NCBI RefSeq assembly: GCF_009914755.1 | Contig: NC_060930.1 | Origin: the human T2T-CHM13v2.0 reference genome, Homo sapiens | DNA: 64,000 nt | Direction: 5' to 3' (one strand) | Part shown: in pieces, positions 29,457-44,908 of the stretch | Numbering within the stretch: position 1 is the first letter of the stretch | Layout of the letters: every line of letters starts with the position of its first letter | Made by a program: the position numbers and the translations under genes | Notes under the pieces: generated by a model | Seen by the model: the letters and a program-made list of their open reading frames with translations, nothing else | What the model was told of the DNA's origin: nothing | Database searches by the model: none

Positions 29457-31047
29457 TTAAATCCATTCATCTGTTTATGGACACTCAGGTTGAGGCTGCT
29501 TCCGAATATTGGTTATTGTAAATAGTGCTGCAACAAACATGGGAGTGCAGATATCTCTTCAATATACTGATCTTATTTCCTTTGGATAAATACCCAGTAG
29601 TAGGATTGCTGGATCAGATGGGTAGTTCTAGCTTTAGTTTTTTTGAGGAACCTCCATATTCTTCTCTATAACGGCTATACTAATTTAATTCCCACCAACA
29701 GTGTATAAGAGTTCCCTTTTCTCCACATCCTCACCAGCATTCATTAGTGCCTGTTTTTTGGATAAAAGGCATTTTTATTGGGATGAGATAATATCTGATT
29801 GTAGTTTCGATATGCATTTCTCTGATGATCAGTGATATTGAGAGCCTTTTCATATAACCTGTTTGCCATTTGTATGTCTTCTTTTGAGAAATGTCTATTC
29901 AAATTTGTTGCCCATTTGTAAATTGGATTACTAGATTTTTTCCTATTGAGTTGTTTGAACTCTTTATATATTCTGGTTATGAATCCCTTGTCAGATGGAT
30001 AGTTTGCAAATATTTTCTCCCATTCTGTGGGTTGTCTCTCAACTCTGTTGATTGTTTCCTTTGCTGTGCAGAAGCTTTTAAACTTGATGTGATCCCATTT
30101 GTCCATTTTTTACTTTGGTTGTCTATGTTTGTAGGGTATTACCCAGAAAATCTTTGCCCCAACCAATGTCCTGGAGAATTTCCCCAATGTTTTCTTTTAG
30201 TAGTTTCATAGTTTGAGGTCTTAGATTCAAGTCTTTAATCCATTTTGATTTGACTTTTGAATATGGTGAGAGATAAGGGTCTAGTCTCATTCTTTGTTCA
30301 GCGTATAGATATCCAGTTTTCCCAGCACCATGTACTGAAGAGACTCTCTTTCCCCCCAATGTATGTTCTTGGCACCTTTGTTGAAAATGAGCTCACTGTA
30401 GGTGTATGGATTTATTTCTGGGTTTTATATTCTATTCCATTGGTCTATGTATCTGTTTATGTATGTAAACATGGTCTATGTACCATGCTGTTTAGTTACG
30501 TAGCTCTGTAGTATAGAGCTATAGTAATGTGATTCCTCCAGTTTTGTTCTTTTTGCCCAGGAAAGTTTTGAATATTCTAAGTCTTTTGTGGTTCCATATA
30601 AATTTTTGGATTATTTTTTCTATTTCTGTGAAGAATGTCATTGGTATTTGTATTTTTATATGGATTGCACTGAATCTGTAAATTGTTTGGGATAGTATGG
30701 ACATTTTAACAATATTAATTCTTCCAATCCATGAACACAAAATATCTCCATTTCTGTGTATGTTCTCTTCAATTTCTTGCACAAATGTTTATAATTTTCA
30801 TTGTAGAGATCTTCCACTTCCTTGGTTAAGTTTATTCCTAGGTATTTTATTTTATTGCTAACTATTGTAAATATATTTTCTTGACTTCCTTTTTAGATTG
30901 TTTGCTGTTGGCATATAGAAATGTTACTGATTTTCTTGTGTTGATTTTGTATCCTGCAACTTTACCGAATTTGTTTATCTGCTCTAATAGTTTTTCGGTG
31001 GAATCTTCAGGGTGCATCAATATTAATCAAGGATATTGGTCTGTAGG

Positions 31048-31050
31048 TTT

Positions 31051-31093
<43 letters not shown>

Positions 31094-31182
31094 CTCTCTC
31101 TCTCTCTTTCTCTCTTTCTTTCCTTTCTTTCTTTCTTTCTTTCTTTCTTTCCTTCTTTCTTTTTTTCTTTCCTTCTTTCTTT
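31048..31182 (+). repeat. (TTTC)n/(TC)n polypyrimidine microsatellite inside L1MA
   Basis: Direct reading. Confidence 0.95.
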
Positions 31183-33904
31183 TGTGTCTTTGTCTGGTTT
31201 TGGTATCTGGTTTTGGTATACTGGCCTCATAGAATGAATTTGGAAGTAGTCCCTTCTCCTCTATTTTTCAGAATAGTTTGAGTAGGATTGGTATTAGTTC
31301 TTCTTTAAATGTTTGGTAGAATTCAGCAGTGAAGCCATCAGATTCCAAGGTTTTCTTTGCTGTGAGACTTTTTATTACAGCTTCAATCTCATTACTTGTT
31401 ACTGGTCTATTCATGTTTTGGATTTCTTCATGGTTCAATCTTGGTAGGTTGTATGTGTCTAGGAACTTATCCATTTCTTCTAGGTTTTCCAATTTTTTTG
31501 GCATATAGGTGCTCATAGTAGTCTCTAATAATCCTTTGAATTTTTGCAGTAATCAGTTGCAACGTCTCCTTTTTCATCTCTGATTTTATTTGAGTCTTCT
31601 CTTTTTTTCTTAGTTAATCTGGCTAAAATTTGTTTTTTGATTTTGTTTCTCTTTTCAAAAAACCAATTTCTGTTGCGCTGATCTTTTGTATAGTTTTTGT
31701 TTCAATTTCATTTATTTCTGCTCTGATCTTTATTATTTTCTTCTGCCAATTTTGGGTTTGGTTTGCTCTTGCTTTTCTAGTTCTTTAAAATGAATCATTA
31801 GGTTATTTATTTGAAGTTTTTCTGTGTTTTTATATATGCACTTATTGCTATAAACCTTCCTCTTAATATTGCTTTCACTGTATCCCATAGGTTTTGGTAT
31901 GTTGTGTTTCCATTTTCATTTGTTTCATTAAATTTTTTAATTTCTTTGCTAATTTCTTCATTGACTCACTGGTCATTGAGGAGCATATTCCAGGTGTTTG
32001 TATAGTTTCCAAAGTTCCTCTTGTTATTTATTTCTAGTTTTATTCCATTGTGGTCAGAGAAGATATGCAATATTTTTTCAATATATTTTGAATTTTTAAA
32101 CACTTGATTTGTGGCCTAATATATTGCCTATCCTTGAGAATGAGCCAAGTGCTGAGGAAAAGAATGTTTATTCTGTAGCCATGAATTGAAATGTTCTATA
32201 AATATCTATTAGGTCCATTTGGTCTATGGTGCAGGTTAAATCCAATTTTTTTTGTTGATTTTCTGTCTGGATGATCTGTCCAATGCTGAAAGTGGGGTGC
32301 TGAAGTCTTTAGCTATTATTATGTTGGGGTCTATCTCTCTCTTTAGCTTTAATAATATTTGCTTTATATATCTGGATGCTCCAGGGTTGAGTGAATATAT
32401 ATTTACAGTTGTTATATTCTCTTGCTGAATTGACCCTTTTATCATTACACAATGACCTTGTCTCTTTTCACAGTTCTTGTCTTGAAATTGATTTTTTCTA
32501 ATATAAGTATAATTGCTCTTGTTCTTTTTTGGTTTTTGTTTGCATGGAATATTTTTCCATACCTTCATTTTCAGTCTATTTGTGTCTTCATATGTGAAGT
32601 GTGTTTCTTGTATACAACAGATCATTAGGTCTTGTTTTTTATCCATTCAGCCATGTAGATCTTTTGATTGGAAAATTTAGTCCACTTACTATCAGTGTTG
32701 TTATTGATTAAGTAAGAACTTAATCCTACCATTTTGTTAATTGTTTTCTGGTTGTTTTGTGGTCTTCTCTTCCTTTCTTCTTTCCTTCTTGTTTTCCTTT
32801 TAGTGAAGGTGATTTTCTATCAGTTTAGGTAGTAAAAGAGAAGTCAAGTCCATAGAGTCTAGCCCCAGGGTGAAATAATTTCTAGCATGCTTTTATGGCG
32901 TATACCATAAACTGACTCAATGCAATGTTAAGCAAATTCCCATGTCAAAACTCCCCTCCCTTTTTATAAGAGGCCACATTTCTTCTGATACTGGGTGAAA
33001 TAGGCAGCCTCTAGAAATTCCTGTAGGTAGCCCCAGGCTGCCCTGCATCCTTGCCCATTTTCCAAGTGGGACAATGAAGGAAAGACACTGGACAAAATCA
33101 CTCCAACCTGCAGGTCCTGCACAGGAGCAGCTCCTTTCTCCAGACTCTTCACCAGGGACTTGCCCCCTGCCCTTTCCAGCAACCCTCATCACCACAGGTT
33201 GCCTGAAAGGGAATAAATAAATGAATAGTTCATACCTGAATTATCAAATGATCACAAGGACCACGCAGAAATCTTTTGCTGAGATTGAGTGAGAGAAAAA
33301 AACTGACAATGAATCCCCAACATTCCTTAGGCCCTCCTATACCTGGTACATTCTCAGAGCATCCAGGCTCATGCCCTTTAGAAAACAGGACTGAGCTACC
33401 TGGAATCACTGGCCAAATATTTTTGTCCAAAACACTTTAGGACCCATTTATGCACAGCAACAAAGCTCCTAGTTTCTTCTTTAAAAAAAAAATCAAAAAC
33501 TTCACTCTGAACAGTTGTTTTGCATTTGTCAAGCCATTCAGACCAACAACTGATACATACAAAATATTTTGAGGATATTGTGTAGTTGTCAGGGTGCTTG
33601 AAAGCATACCCCAGCCCCTGACCTCCTTCCCAAGTCCTACTGAAATAAGAATGTTCTAACCAATTAGACAAACTTTACTCCTAGGCAGTGTCTACCTGAG
33701 TCCTTACTTCCCTCAAACAATTCTCTGCATCTTCCTTGACCTCCCATCACTTTGGTGGTTCTATTTGCTTTCCTCTACAAGTCTCCAACTGTTCAATCCA
33801 AGAGCTACCTACTTTTCCCCCATCTCCTTCCTCTGAGCATCCCTGGAATGTCTATATAAGATGTGGTTGTATGATGCAGACTGTGTCAAAGAAATGGGAA
33901 GATC

Positions 33905-34410
33905 TTACTTGTATTGGACATTTACTGTCTGCACATGGCACATTTTATGTACATTTTCACATTTTTTTTTAGAGATAAGGTCTCGGTCTGTCACCCAGGC
34001 TGAAGTACAGTGGCACAATCACAGCTCACCGTAACCTCAAATTCCTGAGCTCAAGTGATCTTCCCACCTCAGCCTCCTAAGTAGCTGGGACTACAGGTGC
34101 ATGCCACCATTCCCAGCTAATTTTGTTAAATTTTTTGTAGAGCTGGGAGTCTTGCTACGTTGCCCAGGCTGGCCTTGAACTCCTGGCCTCAAGGGATCCT
34201 CTTGCCTCAGCTTCCCACAGTGCTGGAATTACAGGTGCCACCATACCCAGCCACATTTTCTCATTTAATTCTCCCAGTCGATCGGAGCGATTTGTATCGA
34301 TATTCCCATTTTAAAGACGAGAAAACTGAGGCTTTGAGTAGATAAGAAACTTCACCAGGATCATAGCATATACTAGAATTGGCACTTAAATCCAGGCTTA
34401 TTTTATTTCA
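33905..34410 (-). mobile_element. MIR split by an Alu
   Basis: tattggacatttactgt... resumes as cccattttaaagacgagaaaactgaggct. Confidence 0.7.
33962..34252 (-). mobile_element. AluJ
   Basis: Reverse Alu; TSD acattttc(a/t)cattt. Confidence 0.92.
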
Positions 34411-35584
34411 AAGCTAAGTAAGTAGCACACTTCCTACAACAACATTAGAGATTATTAATATTTGATAGTTATCTAAAAATACAATACAATTTATCTGACT
34501 CTGGATCCTTGGAATTAGGACAGTGAGGGAAGAACTTTGTCTAATTTGGAAAAGATAAAGAAGTTGGTCTTTTTTGTTGTTGCTTTTTTGGTCTACTTCA
34601 TTCTAAAGTTCCTTAAGAAAGTAGCACACCAATTTTTATGACCAAGCCAAGAAATAAACATTTAAATCCTAATTTCATTTTTTTTGTAGAAATTAAGAGT
34701 TTCGTTAAAGCCAAATGGAGCTTAAGACACAGAGTCCAAAGTTTAGCCATCTTGCATTTTAGGTAGAAACAACACAACCAAAAAGAATTTAAGTGAGAAT
34801 ATGGATAATTTGAGGAGACATATAAATTATGTGATTTATATGTGATTATAAATTAAAGTTTTGCAACAGAAAGTCCACATTTCAAATTTATGACGTCAGC
34901 ATTGCCCTAACCACATCAGTTTGAACTCATACTTCACTTTCTGGAGCAGCCCATTTTCTCTAATACCAACACTTAAAAGAAAGAAAAGAAATGCTTGCTT
35001 TCTAATATGTGCCTTGTTTAAAAGAAATGAAAGGAGGAGGGTTAACCTAGGTGAACATTTCTAAGATGCCTATTATGTAGAAAATAGGCCAAAACTGTCA
35101 AGAAACTGATTTTTATAAAATTGGGAGGTCTGCAGGCAGGAATGACTGCAGATATTCTCAGCAGTTGAAGTCACTGGTTTATTTTTTTCTCAATAAATTT
35201 TTAATCTTCAGCTTTCAGCACTGTTACCAAATTCCATGAGAATATACTCAAAGATATGTCACTGGGAGCAAAGGGCCTCGTTGTTTGAAAGCAATCTCCC
35301 CAATCTCCTTCCTCGTAACCCCCAAGGCCTTCAAGAGACACATGAAATACATCATGTCCATTTCCTCATGGGGCATGGAATGCATACTGTCATCACGCTG
35401 TTGTTTCTGCTGCAAACATTTGTGTTCTGGAGAAGTAACAACTTGCAGCCTCCTCAGAGGCACGGGAGACCCATGGTCTGTAGTCTCTTCCTATGAGTGT
35501 TATTATCACCTCCGTTTCCTTCCACCTTGAGAAGTGGTAGGATTGCAGAAAGCCCGCAAGTGAACAGGTCTCTACTGTACCAGG

Positions 35585-36266
<682 letters not shown>

Positions 36267-37867
36267 TGTGGATTGTTTTTACATTATTATTTTGTATTTG
36301 TAGAAATCTACCTGATAAGTAGTTCAAAAAATCTCTCATTAAACATCCTTAAAAGTAGAATGGTTGGTGAAGAATGACTCATTTCCCATCTGTTTGGCAG
36401 GTAAAAAAAATTCACAGATGTTATAAGAATTTTCCTTCTAACTATTGCACCTATAGTTGGTCTGATGGGATTAATGCTTGGCGCCACAGAGTCACCAAAT
36501 AACTGATGGGTGAATTGAAGGGAGCAGGAGGACAGGCATCCAGGCCATGTGTGCACTAAGCCTTCTCCATCTTCTGAGGCAACACTTTCTAGAAGATACT
36601 GGACAGGAAGAGATGGGAGAATAGATGGAGAAAGTTAAGGAGAGGGATCAAGATTAAAAACAGAACTGAAATACTTCAGCTATCTTTGAAAATGACCAGA
36701 AATCTAAAAGCATAAAACGTTTTCAAGCTTGCAAATGAAATGGAAAAAAAAAAGGATTGTGATGAGTGAAAGCATGCCAAGTCTTACCTAAGCCTGTCCT
36801 GGGTGTCCTCCTGAAAGAGCACTGCAAGTCCCTGTGCTGAGAAAAGCCCCATCTGGACACTTTGGAGATGTTCCTCCTGACCTCATGCTCTTTCACTGAG
36901 CTCATTCTGGATGGCTTCATGAATGCACAAATCATGTTTGCTGTGCTGCTTTTAATTTCTGCCCTTGTTTTATGACTTCTCGCTGTATAATCTCCAGAGC
37001 GGCTTCATCCGAGACTTCCCTGAAAGACTATTTCCAGGGCTCTCTGATTTTGCCATTCTGATTGTTCATCAATAGACCCAGCAGAAGTCACTTCTTTTGA
37101 GGACTTTTGCCATGTAATATCCCTCTTGCCATGTAATATGTCCTCCTGGGGACATAGCCAGCCTCCCTTGCTGTTGGGTGCACCTGTATGCCTGAGTTCT
37201 AGCCAAAAGAATGTGGGCAGAACTATGCCTGCCATTTTCAGGCTGGCCCATTAAACCCTCCTGCAATGCAGGGATGAGTTTTGCTTTGGGCATGTTGAGT
37301 TTGATGTGCCAGTGATACACTCAGCTGTGTGGGTTTGGAGCTCGTGAGAGAAGTCTGAACTTGAGATAGAATCAATGATAGAGACGTGGTTGCCCAGAGA
37401 GACTGGAGAATAAGAAAACAACCGAGGATGGATTCATGAAGACCACTAGCACTTAACAAGTGCGACTACACCAAGAAGCTAGAGATGTATCTAAAAGGAA
37501 GAGAAATAGGAAAGCAGAGTGACATTTTCATAAAAATTAAGGGAGGAGAGAGTTTTCAAGAGGCAATAACCAATAGTGACAGCTGTCACTAAAAGTTCTA
37601 TAAGGCGAGGAATGAAAAACATTCCTGCCAAGGCTACCGACACCATCTGCCAGCTTCTAGTCAGGGGCCGAGAGTGTGGGGGTGTAGAACACAGTTTTCA
37701 AGAGCCCGAGGACCAAATGAGATGGAGGAAGCGTAGACAGGAAGTGTAGACTTTTAATGTTTTTGAGGGAAAGGAAGACCCTGCAAGGACAGAAGGAACA
37801 CAGCAACAGAGAAAGATGTTTCCATGGGAAAAGAAAGTAAATTAGAATTAGATCTACATTACCATCC

Positions 37868-37960
37868 TGATGCAGGACAGGCAAGCCCCCAAAATTGAGG
37901 CTTAGCCCAGGAAGGTTCTTGGTGTTGCCCAGAAAGAATTCAAAGGCGAGCTACTGGTGC
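37868..37960. mobile_element. ERV1 LTR fragment (MER66-like)
   Basis: tgatgcaggacaggcaagcccccaaaattgaggcttagcccaggaaggttcttgg. Confidence 0.6.
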
Positions 37961-39704
37961 TAACAGAGCCATTTTTTGCAATGGACAGGGAGGAATTGTT
38001 GCAGTTTTCTTTAAGCCCACCAGCTATGGAAGGGTCCAGCTTGTCTCCATATGAGGCTGCCACACTAAGGTAGATTCTAAATGCTCATCTGTTATAAACA
38101 AATTTAATCTAACAGAAAGATAAATAATGGCATAAGGAAAGAAGATGGTATTCATCAAAAACATCTTTCAAGACCAGGGAAAAATACAAGCCTTTTAAGA
38201 AACGCAAAGACTGAGAGAGTTTATAGCAGCAGAGCCTCACTAAAGGAAATTCTTAAGGATGTACTTCAGGAAAAAGGGATATTATCCCAGATGGAAAGAA
38301 TGAGATACAAAAAGAAATGAAAGCAAAGAAAAGGAGAAGTATGTGGATAAATCCAGAAAAACATTGACATATAAAATGAAAAGAAGGATGAGATAATATG
38401 AATAATAATAATGTTCTTTGGGAGTCATAAGAAACAAAACAATTAAAATAAACAAGAGCACAATCTTAGATGGGAGTAATGGGCACAAGCATGTTAAGAA
38501 CTTCACATATTGCTGAGAGGGTTTAGATGTTGATGAACATTCTTCTTTGATGAATTAACTATGCATGTTAAATTCCATGGTGGTCATGGAAAGACTAGAA
38601 GTGAAGTGCATAACTTTAAACTACTACAGAAAAAGATGAGTAAAACCAGCCAATCAGCCCAAAAGAAGAAAGAGGAGAGAAAGGAATGTGGAAATGGTAA
38701 CACAAGTAGAAATCACAACGTAATCAATACTGTGGGGGCTGGAAACCCAGACATATCAATAATTTCCATAAATGTATACAGATTTAATGATCCAATTAAA
38801 AGACAAAGATTAATAGACATTTTTGAAGATACACATAAAAAATATATGAAAACAGAAACATTAAAAGGAAAAGGATAAACATATATGTGCAGGTTAATAC
38901 TAGTCAAAAGAAAACTTTGTAGTTATAGTACTTTAGGAAAAAAAATGGACTTCTTTAAAGCAAAAAACATTGCTAAAGGTAGAGAGAATCACTACATGAT
39001 GATGAAAGGTTTAATTTGCCAGCAAGTTTAAATAATTGTAAACTATTATACACCTAATCACAAAGCCTCAAAATAGAAAAACATGTAAAAATAGATAAAT
39101 CTACCATAATGGTAACAGATTTTCATGTAATACTCTCAAAAGTTGAGAGCCCAGGCATTCAAAAAGATCATTAAAGACAGAGACAATTTGAAAACAAAAT
39201 AATTAGAACATTTGACCTAACGGGCAGATAGAACATTGCACCCAATAACTACTCAGAATGTACATTAAAAACTGACCGTAACTTGGGCCATAAAGCAAGT
39301 TTCAACACATTTAAAATAATTGGTATCATACGGAACACATTTTATAATATTATTCATATAAGCCAATAACAAAAATAACTAAAATCACCATATGTTAAAA
39401 GACAGTGGTAATTTTAGTTAAATCACTATTTAAAATTTTTCTGAAATTAAGAAACATTTCTAAATAATGTATAAATTGGAAAATTCAAATTGGGAATTGA
39501 AAATATTTTAACAGAATAATGATGAAAAGACTATGTATCAAAACATTCTGGATGCGGATAAAGTAGAACTTAAATGGAAATTCATGGCCTTAAACAGATT
39601 AGTAAAGAAGAAACGCGAAAATGCATTATGTAAGCATACATCTCCAGAAGTTAGAAAAAGAACTGCAAAATAAACTTTAATTCAGTGGAAAAGGGAAACT
39701 GTAA

Positions 39705-40928
39705 TGAAGCAGAATATTTCTGACCCCTTCATGGGCAGGAACTGGAGTATGAGAGCAGCGCTGGACTCAGTCAGCTGCTCAGTTCCAGCAGGGGCAGACT
39801 CCACCCATTCGAACCTGCTGCGTTCCACCCCTTGCTGGGGGGGATCATGCAGGTGAGTGGGTGCCAGAGCTGGGGCAAGTGCTTTTGAGCACCAACAGGA
39901 GGGAACTCCGTACTGGCCACACAGCAGTGTCTGTGTGGGGGTGCCCATGACCCCTGAAGCCCCAGAAAAAAAAGTGTTACAGTGATCTTTTTTTTTTTTT
40001 TATTGTTTGTTTGTTTGTTTTTTGTGAGACAGAGTCTCACTCTGTCACCCTGGAGTGCAATGGCGCAATCTTGGCTCACTGCAACCTCTGCCTCCGGGGT
40101 TCAAGCAATTCTCCTGCCTCAGCCTCCTGAGTAGCTGGGATTACAGGTGTGCGTCACCACGCCCAGCTAATCTTTGTATTTTTAGTAGAGACGAGGTTTC
40201 ACCATGTTGGTCAGGCTGGTCTCGAACTCCTGACCTCGTGATCCATGCGCCTCAGCCTCCCAAAGTGCTGGGATTACAGGCAGCCACCATGCCCGGCCTA
40301 CAGTGCTCTTTTAACTCAGTCGTCTGTGGATGGCTGAAGTGTTAACAGCTCAGTGGACCATCTGCCTTTTCGCGTGATGCAGCTGCCTTCCACCAGTGGG
40401 GGTGAAAGGTCGGTGTGACAGTCTTTTGCACCTGCACTCATGGCACCTCAGTTTGCGTCCAGCAACCAAGAGAAATGAGGTCACATGAACAAGTTGAAGG
40501 TAGTAAATGTGGGAGATTTTACTGCCGACGAAAGTGGCTCACAGCAGGAAAGGGAGCTGGAAAGGGGACAGAGTGGTAAGGTAATCTTCCCCTGAAGTCC
40601 AGCTGTCCCCGGCCAGACTCCTCTCTGAAGCTACACTATCAAGTTGTCCCTCTGAAGTCAAGCCGCTTCTCTCTAACGTCCAACCATAGTCTCCAATGTC
40701 CAACTGCTTCTCCTCTCTCTGCTTGCTGAGCCTGGAGTTTTAATAGGCACAGGAAGAAGAGCAGGGCAGGCCATGGGTGGTTTTGGAAAAGGCAACATTT
40801 GAGCAGGAAAACAGGGATGTAAGTTCTCACTTTGGGCCATGGTATCAGGCTTTTTGGCTTGTGGGTGGGGCCCTCACTGGGGACCCGCCCCCTTCTGCCT
40901 AGAATTTCCCTACTTCCTGTCCCTATCA
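39705..40928 (-). mobile_element. MER52-family ERV1 solo LTR with an internal Alu
   Basis: Ends tgaagcagaatatttc and ccctacttcctgtccctatca; 4-bp TSD gtaa at 39701-39704 and 40929-40932. Confidence 0.85.
39988..40298 (-). mobile_element. AluS
   Basis: Reverse Alu; TSD tacagtg(a/c)tctttt. Confidence 0.93.
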
Positions 40929-41419
40929 GTAAGATATGAAGAAAAAGTGACAAAACTAAAAGAAGCATACAATAGAAAGGGACAGAGACTAATAAAATGG
41001 CAAACTCGTAAATATGATTGATAAAGAGAAAAAGAAAAATTACAAACACAGTTAGGGACATAGCTTCCAGTGTGGCCAATATTTAAAAAACACAAGATAA
41101 TATTAGGAACAACTTTGTACAAATAAAACGTATAACATAGAAGACTGGTCAAATTCCTAGAGAAAATATAACTTACCAAAGCTGAGTTAAGAAGAAATGG
41201 AAAACCTTAAAAATCCAATGACCATTAAAGAAATTGAATCAATAGCTCACTCAAGGCACAGTTATATTTTTGTACAAACTATACCAGAGTACAGAAAATG
41301 AGGAAATGCCGCCCAACCCATTGTTTGAGGTCAGTATAACACAGGTAGGTAAAAAGCAGAGGAAGAATAGAGCAAGAGTGAGGATAACAGCATATTGTAT
41401 GGTTAAGAATGAGGAGTCT

Positions 41420-42211
41420 GATTATTTGGAGTTTTTTGCTGTTGAGTGGTATGAGTGTCTTCCATATATTGTATATTAACCCTTTATCAGATACATGTTC
41501 TGCAAATATTTTCTCCCACTCTGTAGGTTTCCTTTTCAATATGTTGATTTTTTTCCTCTGCTGTGCAGAGCTTTCTAGTTTGATGCAACCTCACTTGTCT
41601 ATTTTTGCTTTTGTTGCCTGTGCTTTTGGAGTCATGACCAAAAAACTATCGCTAAAACCAATGTCAGGAAAACTTTTCCCTATGTTTTTTCTTTTAGTTT
41701 TACAGTTTGGAGTCTTAGATTTAAGTGTTTAATCCATTTTGAGCTGATTTTTGTATATTGTGTGAGATAAAGGTCCAGGTTTCATTCTTCTGCATAGGGA
41801 TATCCAGCTTTCCCAACACCATTTATTGAAGAGACCATCCTTTCCCTATGTGGAGGTCTTGGCACCCTTGTCAAAAATCAGTTAACAGCAAATGTGTGGC
41901 AAGGACATGGAGAAAAAGAAACCCTTGTGCACCATTGAAGGGACTGTAAATTGCTATGGCCATAATGGAAAACAGCATGGAGATCCCTCAAAAAATTAAA
42001 AATAGGACTATGACATGATCCAGCAATCCCTCTGAATAATATATACACAAAGGAAATAAGTCTACATCTCAAAAAGATAGCTGCCCTCCTGTGTTCACTG
42101 CAACATTATTCAAATAGCCAAGATACGGAAACAATCTAAATGTCTGTCAACTGATGAATGGATAAAGAAAATGTTACACACATACACACATATGCACATG
42201 CATGCATGCAT

Positions 42212-42245
<34 letters not shown>

Positions 42246-43030
42246 GAATATTATTCAGCCTTTAAAAAGAAGATCCTGCCATTTGCAATGACACGGATGA
42301 ACCTGGAGGACATTTATGTCAAGTGAAATAAGCCAGACACAGAAAGACAAATACTGCATGATCTCACTTATGTATGGAATCTAAAATAGTCAAAATCAGA
42401 GAAGCAGAGAGTAGAATGGTGGTTTCGCAAGGCTAGGAATTGGGAGAAATGGGAAGATATTTGTCAAAGAGTACAAAGGTTCAGTATGCAGTGTGAATGA
42501 GTTCTGGAGGTCCAATGTGCCAATTGGTGATTACAGTTGATAATACTGTATTATACAATTGAGATTTGCTAAGAGGGCAGATCTTAAGTGCTTTCACTTG
42601 GAAAACAAAATAAAAAGAAAGAGGTTGGGCACACTGATACCTGTAATCCTAGCACTTTGGGAGGCCAAGTCAGGAGGATCACTTGAGCCCAGAAGTTCGA
42701 GACCAGCCTGGGCAACATAGCAAGACCCCATGTCTACAAAAAAAATTAAAAAATTACCCAGGCACGGTTGCTCGTGCCTATAATCCCAGCCACTTGGGAG
42801 TATAGGTGAGGAGAGATCCTCCCTGAGGTGGGAGGGTCACCTAACTCTGGAAATTCAAGGCTGCAGTGAGATGTGATCATGCCATTGCACTCTACCCTGG
42901 ACAATAGAGCAAGATCCTGTCTCTAAAAATAATAATAAAATTTAAAATAAAAAAATGAAGAAAATTGTGATGATAGTTTGAATGGCTAATTAGCTTGCTT
43001 GTGCTGATTGATTTACGATGTGTAAAATAT
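41420..43030. mobile_element. 5'-inverted L1MA (minus segment 41420-41895, plus 3' segment 41895-43030)
   Basis: Antisense ORF2 ([12 protein letters not shown]) abuts the sense 3' end tggcaaggacatggagaaa...cagcaatccc...gatctcacttatgtatggaatctaaaa. Confidence 0.8.
42623..42955 (+). mobile_element. AluJ
   Basis: Dimeric Alu with a small right-arm insertion and an AT-rich tail. Confidence 0.88.
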
Positions 43031-43520
43031 GTATTTAGGAAAAACATACATCATAGATTTTTTAAAGGATGAAATGAGCTGTCAAAAGGACTTAGGAAAA
43101 TAAGTATTCAACAATGTATAGCCATTATTATTAGTACTAGTAGTTATTGATACCAAAACCTGACAAGAACTGTATGAGAAAGAGAAATTACAGGTCAATG
43201 TCCATCATGAAAATTGATGCAAATAATCCAAACAAAATATTATCAAAAGGGAAACAGGTGTGTATAAATAATAATATCATAATCTAATTGGGCTTATTCT
43301 AAAAATTCAAGGTTGAGTTACCATTAGTACATCAATCAATGCAGCTCTCCACATTAATAACTTAAAGGGAAAAAATTATACATTTATCTTAATATGATAC
43401 AAAAACCATCTGACAATAATCAATATCCTTTCATGATTTGGAAAAGCTCTCAGCAAACTTGGAACAGAGAACTTCCTTCTTCTGCTAAAGAGTGCCTAAA
43501 ACGAAATCAATGATAACCTA

Positions 43521-43946
<426 letters not shown>

Positions 43947-44524
43947 TTAATGCTCAGGCCTGGGCCAAGCTTCCTTCCCCCTGGTGGGCAGGCAGGTGTG
44001 GAACCAGACTCCAGGATGGTGGGAGAAGACTGGAAGGTATAAAACCTAGGTGTGGGTGGAACAGGAGCTTCTTGGAGGACCTTGACAGTCTCTTTCCCCT
44101 GCCCCACAGGCAGGATTAGCTACAGCTGGGGCCTTCTGGGGACAGGAAGACCTGGGAAGCTTCTGCTTTTTCTCTGCTGCCCTCTCATTTCCACTATCTC
44201 ATTGTGAGTGTTTGCCTTAATGTAAGAAAGCACATCACCAGGACCTAACAGTACTTTACTTACTCAGTTGCTAAGATGAAAAACGGCTTAGTCTTTGTTG
44301 AAAGGAAACTTGTATATTTACAGCTAATGAAGTAAACAGAATCTTGGCGGGCTGACTAATCCACTGAAGGGAGGTCCGGAGGAAGATCAAACTTGTCCGT
44401 GTCCTGTTCTCTCTCACAAGTGAACAGGATTTTGTTTTTCTCTATTGTGTTTTCCTCTCTCGTTAAATTATTCTCCTATAAGATATTGTGTTTACCCATC
44501 TGAAATATAAACTGCTTATATTTG

Positions 44525-44908
<384 letters not shown>

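Noticed and set aside
34277-34301. Four CpGs in a short quasi-palindrome (gtcgatcggagcgatttgtatcgat) inside a MIR
   Set aside because: The stem is only 5 bp and cannot be distinguished from chance.
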